Below, piece after piece: positions 53,035 through 64,000 of a stretch of DNA of 64,000 nucleotides. Made by a program: the position numbers and the translations under genes. The notes beneath the pieces were generated by a model that saw only the letters and a program-made list of their open reading frames with translations, had not been told where the DNA came from and ran no database searches. The DNA is from Marsupella aquatica. Lineage: Eukaryota > Plantae > Marchantiophyta. The stretch's first letter is position 1; every line of letters begins with the position of its first letter. The DNA lies in the NCBI GenBank assembly GCA_973895155.1, contig OZ316891.1, forward strand, positions 15,097,037 to 15,161,036, given 5' to 3'.

Positions 53035-54282
53035 CCCATGGACAGGTTCAGGTAGACCGCAATTGCAATACACAGCATGTCATGAACCAGAAATTGTCAA
53101 AGGGGGTCAATTGGGTAACAAACAGACTTGGGGGGGTCCATTGGGGCAGATCTGAACATAGGGGGTCTTCAATCACAAAAGTACCCAGGAGTGTCACGTC
53201 TGGTGTCATTCAATCATAACACATGGATTGTGGGCAGACTCTTATCTCGACACAATTGCAACATACCACAGGCGAGACCACGGGCTCATATATATGATAG
53301 AAAATAAGAGTTCACCTTGATAAAGTCTCCGTGTAGTGCTCTTCCCAAGAACTATCTCTAAGAAATTGTCAAAAGGGGTCAATTGAGGCAGATCTGAACA
53401 TAGAGGATTGATTAAATAAAAAAAACAGTCCAAAGGAGGGGGTTGATTAAGCATCCTTCTCCAATGAGTCATTACCTCGCAATGTAAGAGTGACAGAGGA
53501 AAGGTCCTTCGCCGGAAATTACAGGCATAGAAGCTACCGTGGTAGTCTTCTAATTTAATTGGTCTTTGAAAGATATACAGTAAGCTTCAGCTAGAAGTGG
53601 GTAAGAGCTTTTTCTTGTTGAAAATGTGATTCTTCCTTTCCTCAGAACTGCATTGCATCGTGGGCGTTCCAAATTTCATGCCCGAATGGCCACTACTGTC
53701 GATTACGCTCTAGTGAAGCATATTACCTCAAGAATAGTTGCTTTCGTGAGAGGTGCGATGTCTTCATCGACTAGATATACACTGAATGACTTCCCTTCTC
53801 TAAAAATGATGTGGTGGGAAGCAGTCTTGCCATTCGAGATCGTTCACTGTGATTTTCTTTTGAGAAAGCGTGGTGACTAATGTGCCGTGTTTAATAGACG
53901 TGTACGTCTTACGAACGGTTATTTCTCGTTGATCTATCATCGTTTCAACAGTGTGCTTGTTTTCTGTTGGCGGTAGTCTCGTAGGTTCAAGCAATGTAAT
54001 TAGGCAAGGTCGTGCCATCACAAATGTCCAAGTGGTCGAGCTCAAGGTGAAACCACTGCTTTCACCTGCCATCGATGAGCCATGTGGCAGGCCCACATGT
54101 TAGACTATTTCTCCATAGCACAATAAACCCAATTGTTCTAAATCAGTTTGTACACAGGTACGTTGTGGACTCCTGCTCCTGTTTTATGTGCAGTTAGCAA
54201 GACACAAATTGAACCAAGGGAGACACACTCTGTCACTTGATGTCGTTTTACTTCCCAGGCTACCACACCCGTTAATTTACTG

Positions 54283-54567
54283 TTTATACCCTTTGGGGTT
54301 TTTCAATTTCCACTACAGTACAACACTTCCCTTGCCTCAAGATTTTGTGGCTGTAGAGAGTATACAGTAGGCAATGGAGTTTATTATTTAATCTTTATAC
54401 CATTTGGGGTTTTTCAATTTCCACTACAGTACTTGACTTCCCTTGCCTCAAGATTTTGTGGATGTCGAGAGTATACAGTAGGCAATGGAGTTTATTATTT
54501 AATCTTTATACCATTTGGGGTTTTGTGGATGTAGAGAGTATACAGTTAGTAGGCAATGGAGTTTATT
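54283..54567. repeat. About 110-bp tandem repeat, about 2.7 copies
   Basis: TTTATACC.TTTGGGGTTTTTCAATTTCCACTACAGTAC..ACTTCCCTTGCCTCAAGATTTTGTGG.TGT.GAGAGTATACAGTAGGCAATGGAGTTTATT repeated. Confidence 0.8.
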
Positions 54568-55219
54568 CACAAATCCAAAGTTATTCATATCAGTTTGGGA
54601 ATCACAACTTCATGCTCCCTAGGAAGATGGCAGTGACACTGTTCGTTCCTAATAAATCCTTTCCTTAGTGCATGCCTTCGATGAAAATAATTTCAGCCAG
54701 GCAAGGACGGAGTCTGATGGTGCAAATATTTGAAGTCTTTGGTCAAAAGCTGGTACTTCTTGTAGAGTAGTGTTGAATAACCTCACTTATTGACCAGCTG
54801 AACTACTTGCGCAGTCATTTTACCTCCAACCATCAAAGGACTCCATATAGCATGCTCATACCGGAACATGCTTTATTTTTTGTCTTGTAATGATCTGAAA
54901 ATAAATAAAATATGAGAGTATAGAAGTGCTGTTATATAAGTAAAGTGTCTGCCAACAAGAAAAGCACAGTGACCAAGAAAAAGTACAGTCAAACAATGCT
55001 ACGATGTGTGTACTTAACTCAGGGTGCCTTATGAATGACACTCCTTTCAATAAAAACCATAAACCTAGGAAAGAAAAACATAAGGAAAACTTAAGAGGCT
55101 ATGTATTCATGTTCTTCATCATCATTTCTCTCACTCGTGGTGGTGGAACCTTTGGTTTAATCTCTAAGAAAACACATACTATGAAAAAGGGCTGCCAAAA
55201 TAAATTCAAAACATTCTAG

Positions 55220-55330
55220 AATACCTAAAACTAAAGGGGTCTAAAAATTAATTAAAAATGTATAGAATATAAAGTCTAAAATACCTAAAACTAAAGGGGT
55301 CTAAAAATTAATTAAAAATGTATATAATAC
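55220..55330. repeat. 60-bp AT-rich tandem duplication
   Basis: ATACCTAAAACTAAAGGGGTCTAAAAATTAATTAAAAATGTATA at 55221 and 55281. Confidence 0.8.
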
Positions 55331-58300
55331 AAAGGCTGCCCTTTGATAAGGCAGATTGAAATTAAAATACATAACATAAAAATGAATAAGACAAAATCTG
55401 AAATGTGCATTCACCATATCACCACTTCAAAAATTTAGTTTTAGGTGAAGGATGGATTCAAGAAATCAATAAATAATGTAAGTGGAGGGTCCACCGTCAA
55501 ACGTAGCTTGGATTGTATTGTGATTGTGAATCGTTATGAGGGTTTGTTGCTAGACTTAGTTGGCTGATGAATGGAAGGGGCATGTGCATCCGAGCAGGTT
55601 TCCTTTTGTATTTTGAGGATGCGGCAGTGAGAAGCTTCTACTTAACAAAAAGTTTGGACTGTCACATTACGATCTCAGTCACATTCTCCTTTAGATTTGG
55701 ACCATAGATTTTGACAAACAAAAATAAAATTAAAATTTTTTAACCACTTTGTACCATTCGGCAAGACACTTCAAGTGGTACCAAATGTGAGAGAATTTGC
55801 ACAGAAGCGAAAGGAACAGTGCATCCCAGTGCCTAGGAGAGTTCTCATAGACCTCAACATTCTTTAGCATAGGGATTCCTAGCCCGGTCCACGAATAGAT
55901 TCAGGCACGTTACACCCCCCTAAAAAAACGTTAAATATATATTATTAGTGCACCTTGATTTGATAGGAAAGAGTCACAACCCATTCGTACTGTACAATTT
56001 TGTCCTTTGACTCCCCCTTCCTAACCAAAAAAGTGTTATTTATAAACCAAATTGTACAATTTCAAAGTCTTTTGAAGCTGAGAACCGCTAACCAAGTTAC
56101 ACAACAGTAAGAATGCCATGCAGAAGAGAGATCGTAGATTTATCTAGGATTCTGGAGTAACTTCTACGTACAGGACCATTAGAATAGCTTTGCGCACACC
56201 CAAGATTCTTGTCGACAACTTCTCATAGTGAGATGGAATGACAGATGTCGGAAGGTGTCATTTGCTTGCTTCGTGGAAAATTATACACATTAATAAATGG
56301 AGCCACTTTACACATGTTTCCACGAGTGCTTAGTCACAACAGGCTCGCATTCTAGACATGGCAAGAGCCTTTGTTGAAATATTCTAAGCAGCTGCACAAG
56401 TCTGACGGTCATTCGATCCCAATCGTTTTTGTGAAAACTTGTGAATCTTCAACAGCATGGGCAGTCAAGATTCTGGAAATCGATGGACATGCAGTACAGC
56501 CCAGTGCTACCTGTCAAATGCAATCTTACTAGACAGAATCTGCACAGGTCATTGACCAATGGCGTACAAGGGAGACTATGGACCTGCATTATTATTTCAG
56601 GACTATGAAAACGGAATCAAGGTAAACTACATGACCACGAAATTGGCTTCAACCTCTAGACGAATATAACCTCTAGAAAGCTATGTTCTGCAAACTTCGT
56701 CCTTCATGAACCATATTTTAAGATCCTTCTACAGTTCAAGATTAATGACACAATATATGTCGGAACCAAGCACGCTTCACTGCGGAGGTCAGATCCAGTA
56801 CGATTACTCGAGCAATCTTCCAGAAAATGGCCAGCTATCATGTTCCAACGTCGTGCTTGTGCTGGGAACTCCCTGAATCACGTCCCTCAACTGATTCCAA
56901 ACGATCACTCCTGGCTCTCATCCAGCCGGCCTACAGAATGTCCAGTATTACTACCCGGAGAATCGATACCAGTTTTGAAAATAAATGTTTTCACTCTGAC
57001 TCTTGACAAACACAGATCCCGAGGGATCTCCGATGTTCCCCTGCCCACGTGCTTCCATACTTGATACGATACTATGTCGCATTGCATGACGATGGTAGTC
57101 AATGGATCACGGTAACCTGGTCGGAAAAGAAAAATATGAACCTCAATAAGGTGTTTCATTGGGCCTCATACATTATCAGTCCTCAAAGCTCGTCGAACAA
57201 TTTGACTCGTATGTGTAACATTGATTTTGTTGACATGGCGAAACACAGTTCCCGGTAACTGCATAAAGTAGCTGTACTGTAGATCCCATGTGCGATTATT
57301 ACATGAATGATCGAATCGACATAATTACTTCAAGTTCACAAGTTCCCAGAATGGGCGAATCGAGCGACAAAAGCTATAAGACAAAGGAAAAAAATTGACA
57401 AGATTTGCTCAATCCACTGTAGTAATCTTGTATGAAAGCTTATTCGATCCCTTCGAAACTGAATGATTCCATGATGATGGATTCTAGTTGATCTACTCTG
57501 ACGAAGAGTAACGGATTCATACTTTGGAGCCTGGAATCCGCTGCTTAATATCGTTAGCTAGAGTACTAACCTTCATCGCTTGCGAACCTTAAAGTCCACT
57601 GCCTTCTGGTTTTGTCTAGATCTCCTCCCGACGAGGTACTCGTGCATGACCCGCTCCGTGGCAGGAGTTTTCACGTGACATGGAACACTGATCTACTTCT
57701 CATGTCTTCCGATAAATTTTAGCCGTTTAATTCAAATGAAATAGTCCGTAATTTCTTAAATGTAATGGAATTGAGTGAAAGCAATTGAGTGACTGTCAGA
57801 CAGATGACAGTACGTACAAATCAGATGCGGAATAAATAAACTCAAATTCAGGTGTAATTGAATTCCTTAGGTCCCCTGTGTCTGCAGTTCTTGCCCGCAC
57901 GATCAAATTCACGAATTTCACTTCGGGGCCAACCACAAGTGAGCTAGTAGTTGGCAACCTGCCCAGCAAAGCGTTTAGAATTCCCTGGTGTCTCCCAGGA
58001 AAAGACAATATTGCGCATGATATTACGCTACGTTAAACAAAACTGCAGCAGTGCACCTGCAGGACAAGTGATCTTGCGTCTACAACACGTGAAGTTCTTG
58101 AGCTGAAGGACCGACAACGAACGACCTAGCTGTAATAGTCTAGCTTTCGCAGCTGCCTTACTGTCTCCAAAAGGAAGACACCCCAGAACGTGCTCACCCA
58201 TGCCAAGACATCTTCGTCTAGTTTGAGCCTCTTGAACCCTTTCAGCAAATCAGTAATTACCAAGCTTAAATCCAGGCAATCCAACAGTGTCACCCCAGAT

Positions 58301-61300
58301 GCGCCAAGACACAATCATACATCCCCAGAATCCCAGATGCTCACGCCCGATTTGAGGCCTGGCCCCGACATAACTCCAGTGGCATCAAGTAGCTGCTGTC
58401 TTATTATGTGGCTGAACATCCTGCTTTCATCAATTACGTAGGCAAAGTTGTCTCGCTTCGCTTCTGGCCCATCTGTTAGGCTGCACTAATTCTGCACTTC
58501 CGAATCTGAACTAATTCTGCAATTCCGTTCCGCACGAATTGATCTACACAGCACAGACTCACTCAATTTCGCAACGCCCGTCGCAACGTAGGCCCAGACA
58601 TGCAAAAACAGTGGTTTTCCTTTGGCACATTCACATATTGCCTTGCAATGTAGGCCCACGGTCATGAAGATAGTTTTCCTGCGCACATGGCCCCTTAAGC
58701 TAGGGAGGGCCCAGACATGCCAATAGTTTTCTGGCACACTTCCAAAGGCACTTTCCAAGATCCCCCTAGAGGCTTGATTTCACATGTTAGTCAAGCTTAA
58801 ATATACTCTTATGGTGCAGGGACTATAATGTAGCAACTCTAACATATGTGATCTGCTGAAGTAACCCAATAATGGGAAAGACCCCAATCCCCAAAACAAG
58901 TGACCCAATAGAGGGAAAGACAAGGGAAATTTCCAGGAAGTGGAGAGTCTCCCAAAATGACAAACTAACTAAAGCGCGATGAGGTAGACAGTAACCTCAA
59001 AAACTTTGTAAAATTCAGGAATAAATCATACGAGGATACAAGTTTGTGTCGAAGCCCTAAAACCATCAGCCTCAGCCATGCATTGAACAAGGAGGCTTGA
59101 GCCAGTTGTAATAAACACAACAGTCCGCTATCTAGTGAGGGCGGTGACCCAGGGAGTGAGGATAGAGATGGGGATAAGGCCATCACTCTACACAAAAGAC
59201 TGCGCATGATCGGACAAACAGCTGACAATATATTGTAGAGCCCAAAGACCTCCAAAGCAAGTGGGTAAACTGAATCCCCAGGGTACCTCAAGCAGCATAT
59301 GTCTCCTTGAGCTGGGTTGCGTGGCTATAGCATGTCCTGGCACATGAATGGACTGCAACCAGAACATGGCCAGGGATATGGCTCCTGCCCCCAAGAAGCA
59401 CAATGACCATATCTCCTAGGCATGAACTCTTGGTACTCATTTTATTATTTTCTTCTTGCCCATCACTCACAAATGAATATAAGATTTTGTTATTTTATTC
59501 AAAGACTGACAATGTTTTGGAAGCGGGTTTTGAAGAACACATGTGAGGGACTTCCAAGTCCAATTTTGAGCATCATATATAAGAAATACATGACTTTTTA
59601 GACAGTATGAATATGCCAAAGAGTAGGGATATTCTATAAAGGTAGTGCAAATAGATAGTTTTAAAAACCTTTTTGCCTTGTTTTTTAGTATGTTTATTAC
59701 CCAAAAACATTGTGGGTGATATGGGACCCCCTTAGAGTGAGGCCCCCAGCCTAAAGAATAAAGACAAGAACGGCAGCCCATCACCTGTCAGGAACATCAT
59801 TGTGGGGTGGAAGCCTAGCTGGACGACTGTGTTGTTATTCCATTGCAAATGGTATTGTGAGTCCCGGACAATGTCTACCATCACATCACCGATGTCATTG
59901 TATGACACTATCCTTTCAATCCTGTGACCACGCCTGAATATGTGGACTTCCTCCAGGCAGGCCACCAGGTCCAAAATGAGTCCAAAGATGTCCACGAGCA
60001 CAAGTGGGTTACCCAAGGAGCAAGGGTGTGGTAGACAAGTTGGAGGCACATGGATGTGATAAAGATGAAAAAACTCATACAAAAGGGGGTCCACAAAATA
60101 CTAGCAGATAACCAAGCGCTTAACCTAGCAGTTGTACAAGATAATAACATTCCTCAAAAGCAAGAACTGAACCCTGTGCAGCCTCAGGAGATAGGACCTG
60201 GCGCGGCAAAGCTGCGCCTGAAAGGTGAGAGCTCCATCTTCAATCCCCATGGATATATTCAGAGACTGAGGATGATTGGGGTGAAGATCCACAATGAAGC
60301 ACAATGCAAATGTTGAGCCAACTTGTGCCCAACAACCCAGGAAGCCCCGAAGGGCAATAGAAACCATGTCAATGAAACAATCATGCCACCAACTTGGGTA
60401 GAAATATTATGCTGCAAAAAAACCATCCCTAGCCCCAGGGCCAGTAGGGTGTTCGACCAAAAACTCTCCAATGGTATCAATGAAGAGAACAAAAACAAAA
60501 ACATAGAAGTATGAGGGGTTGTCCAAAGAGGCCAAACACCCACTGGCTCCTTGGCCATGGCCAAGAGTCAACTAGCTTCCAATATCCAGGCAACAACAGA
60601 AAGAATTGACCCTCTGCAACTTGAGCGGAGACCTGAAAATGCTAAGAAAACCCAGAAGAGAAGTCCTTTAGAAGTAAACCATCCCAGAAGAGTTCAAACA
60701 TCATTCCCAGCTGAAAGTCCAATGACCAAAAATGAGATGTCATGTTGGGGGGGGGGGGGCGCATTGCCTGCAAGGCATGTTGGCTTGTCCCTTGCTTGTC
60801 TGCCATTTATGGACTAATGGCCATTTTATGGGTTAGCTAGGTTAGATGTTCTATACTTAGGGACCTCAGGGGCTGGAAAGTTCCCTGTCTTTTCCCTTGG
60901 ATCTCCATGTTAACAGTAGTCATGCTTGCCTAGAGCAGGTTGCCTTTGCCCTTGGATCTCCACTTTTAACTGTAGTCATGCTTGCCTCACGAGGAAGTTC
61001 AGGCATGAAATTCTCAGTACATAATATGATGTTGAATTTGGTTTAGGTCCTCAAACGAAAGGGCAGCCTACATGCAAGACAAGCTTTAATTCACCAGAGT
61101 GGCTGGCCGAGTTTGGACACCCAGACAGGAATGACTATGGTAGGTCCTGTTGGGCGTCCTGAAACAATCTACAGTAGTCAATTTGTCTGGTCCTAAGCTG
61201 CTGTGGCACTACGACGTTTGCAACTGTTCAGTACGATGAAAATAGTGACAATGCTCTTGGTCCTTGAGCGTTCATTGTCTCCCCTTTGGAAGCTAGCTAC

Positions 61301-61957
61301 CAACTGTATGCTGTTTCACTTTATAGAATGAACTGTAATCTTTCATGGCAAAGAAAACAGTGACAGTATGACAGTGAAATATCTGTGAATGGGTCCCGCA
61401 TCATGCAAGGGAAATTCAATTGTACTCCGAACCTGGCCCGAACGAGAGACTGCTGTGGGCAAGCATCAGGACTTTATAGTTCTCAAAATGTTGACAAATC
61501 TTTTCCATCTCAGAGATTATTTTTTCAGTTACGAGAATTCCAATAGGTAGAATAACCATGAATAGCTCTAAAATCTTCATTTCTGAAGAGCCAAGCAGAT
61601 TCTCTTGAGCTACCAAGTTTGTAACACAAAAACCCTGAGAGAATCTCAGAATTACCTTCAAACCTGTCAGGAAAGGAAACCAGATTGATATACAACACCA
61701 AATTCAAATGGAAAAACAACGCAAAACACCCTTAAATTATCTCTGATGATCTCCTGTTTCAGCCATGATGAGACGTATAGCTTTAGGGCAGTGCCTCCGA
61801 ACGGTATATGAGTCGTGTATGGGTCATGGGGGATAGGCAAATGTATATCTCTTGTGGATATTGTAGAATAAGAAGAGTTGTAAATGACCTACAAATCTCG
61901 TTACCTGTCTAATTTCTACTCAGGGAATGGATACTGCCCACAACTAGCGCGCGAGCA

Positions 61958-63720
61958 TCAGTATACACTGAAAATGGTGTTCAAAATTGCCGCAAGCCCC
62001 ACTCCTCCCATTGCCAGCCTCTTCTCAACTACAGGGTTACCTTGAATCGAAGTAAGGACCGGAACATTCAAATCAAGGCAGTTGGCTAGGAATACGCAAA
62101 GTTCATCAATTGGCCAGAATGCTAAACAACGTTCATTACTAGATATCATTGCCATTTCATGAGCTCGACATTACACCCAAGAATCACTTGAAGCTGCAAC
62201 ACTTTTATATATTTGGTGATAGCTCGATCAGGCTGTAGTTTACTGGATTGGTTAAACAGAGTACAGATCAAACCTGCCACAGTGGTCCCCGCTGTCACTT
62301 CACCATTGACATTGGTGTAAGCCTCCGTGCAAGCCAATGTAACGCTCTCCATTGCGTACCTGAAGCAAGGACATCACATAGGTACATTGGAGAGAATGGT
62401 CTGTTAACGTTTAAATCTTGCAAGGGCCGTATGCAACTGGAAAAATGGGACCTTATGTATATGTGCAGGGAGGAGAACCACTGGGACAGGTACTTCAAGT
62501 GGCCGCTTTGCTGCTCCAAACAGTCTGCAGCATAAATTCCCAAGAAGCTCAAAATCATCATGTGGTACGGCACCCTGCGTTTGCTATGTTCGACCGTGCT
62601 TATGCTGACACTCAAACGGTATTCAGAGCTTAGATTGATAAGAATTTGAATGCTTCATATGTTGACACTCACAGTTGAGGAATTTGATACGAATCTATAT
62701 TGCCGCAGTCTTGAAGAGATCTAGAAGACTCAACGATCTACAAGACCAATTTCCGAGAATTTTGGCTCCCGTAGAGGAGCTAGACGTACCGTGATATTTT
62801 GTAGGATTGCAGCAATTAGGTCCGCTGCTTTGTCATTGAAGAAATCTTCATATGTAGTCGTGACGATTGAAGTGTCTCAAACCTGCATTAAGTTCATACA
62901 CAATGATCAACTGACGTCTAGGACAATTTTCTTTCAATTCCCTAAATCAATCTGAGTTCCCACAGCATATCGCCCATTCTTGAATCCTGGCTAATATTGT
63001 AATCAAACTTAGGAGCTTTGGTGATAGTCTAGAAACTATGGTTTGTATGTTATCGAGAATAACTCAGGATGATAGGAACACGGATCGTGTCAGACGGGAA
63101 TCAATTATCTAGAACATCGCGGTGGGACATCGTGTAACCAGTTTCAAGTCAGCAGATGCAAAGCTCGAAGATCATTGAATTTCAAACCGAGAATTCTTTG
63201 GAGAGGAAATATGAATGAATTTGCAGATCAAGTTCGGTGGTTGATGGATTTATTTGGGTCCACTCGCGAATGCAAACTCCTGCCCAGATAATCATGCTCG
63301 GATGCCTACTTCAATATCTATCCCATCAATCGTTGCTTTTCAAATGGACTAGGATGAAAAGTTTTGGCAAGTTTACGTGGTGCAGATTCGTGCTCATGCC
63401 CTGATTGAACCTATTCACACTGATATCATTTCCTCCCAAACCTCCAATGAACTCGTAGTGCAGTGGCTGTATGTACATCAACAATTCCACCAATTAAATA
63501 CACCTAGCACCAACAGATGTCCATTGCATTACACGAGGCACATTTCACCGATCCTAGACCGCTGCCGGTTGCTTTACGTACATCAAATTCATGCATAGGA
63601 ACGATCTCACCCATAACAATGATCAAGAAAAATTCCCAGGCTTTCAGAGAAACAGTCCGTATACCTGATGGATGTCTCCAAATACATGGGCCAAGAAAAG
63701 CAATGCCTCGGTCAAATTAT
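61958..63720 (-). pseudogene. S1/P1 nuclease (ENDO/BFN1-like) unprocessed pseudogene, 3' half; exons 63720-63665, 63466-63377, 62882-62790, 62524-62457, 62359-62274, 62059-61958
   Basis: Exons translate to NLTEALLFLAHVFGDIHQ|PLHYEFIGGLGGNDISV...TNLHH|V*DTSIV...ILQNIT|TVWS...T*STC...|YAMESVTLACTEAY...|PYFDSR/PVVEKRLAMGGVGLAAILNTIF, the S1/P1 signature. Lesions: TGA at two Trp codons (62877-62879, 62495-62497), donor GT>AT at 62456, acceptor AG>CG at 62060-62061 and a +1 frameshift near 62039. The 5' exons were not recognised in this window. Confidence 0.88.
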
Positions 63721-64000
63721 CTGCAAAGGCCAAAACAAAAGTGTTTAGTCAATTATGACGTTTCGTGTAAGATTGAATGCGGTAGTGTACCTGTGATTTG
63801 AAACCTCTTCACATCAACACTGAACATGAAACATGTAGGTGCCACTTAACCAGGAGCTACACAACGATGCCTCGAAAATGGTAATGGTTTCCAAGCCATA
63901 TTGCGCAATATACGTCCACGGAATAACAATGCACAGGACCATCCGGCCAGCTTCAGTTTAGTTTTCCTGAAAATAGAATGAGTACTCACATGATCCACCA

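Larger units (their letters stand above)
50896..53457. mobile_element. Mutator-like element with about 285-bp TIRs and nested insertions
   Basis: Long inverted repeats at 50896-51180 and 53165-53457; perfect 9-bp TSD TCTCCAATG (50887-50895, 53458-53466); terminus GAGGTATATG shared with the 21940 element. Confidence 0.82.

Noticed and set aside
62450-62882. Idea that the nuclease lesions (two TGA stops and an AT donor, all G>A) are repaired by A-to-I RNA editing
   Set aside because: There is also a CG acceptor, a frameshift and non-editable substitutions at conserved residues. mRNA A-to-I editing is not established in plants, so ordinary pseudogenisation is simpler.
63845-63966. Possible further 5' exon of the S1/P1 pseudogene
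   Set aside because: Splice-like ends are present, but no frame gives the expected C..GAI.N...QL motif.

Overview
This is eukaryotic nuclear DNA from a land plant, most likely a non-seed lineage with flagellated sperm, because it keeps an intact SSNA1/DIP13 gene and has compact GT-AG introns. Three intact spliced genes can be rebuilt by hand: a nodulin-like/NFD4-type MFS transporter (+, 3 exons, 644 aa), SSNA1/DIP13/NA14 (+, 3 exons, 107 aa) and a SABP2/MES-family methylesterase (-, 4 coding exons, 259 aa). At the right end is an intron-containing S1/P1 nuclease pseudogene that the ORF track mostly misses. The rest is TE-rich. There is a very young Copia element (LTRs 366/367 identical, TSD CATTT) in which a single in-frame TGA separates gag from pol and the RT domain is deleted; it sits inside a small TIR element. 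There are also Mutator-like elements (one nesting a truncated LINE and a MITE), a Tc1/mariner-type MITE family and several minisatellites. I found no CRISPR array, rRNA or tRNA gene. I found nothing I can support as a wholly new biological system; the Copia gag/pol junction is the best lead.
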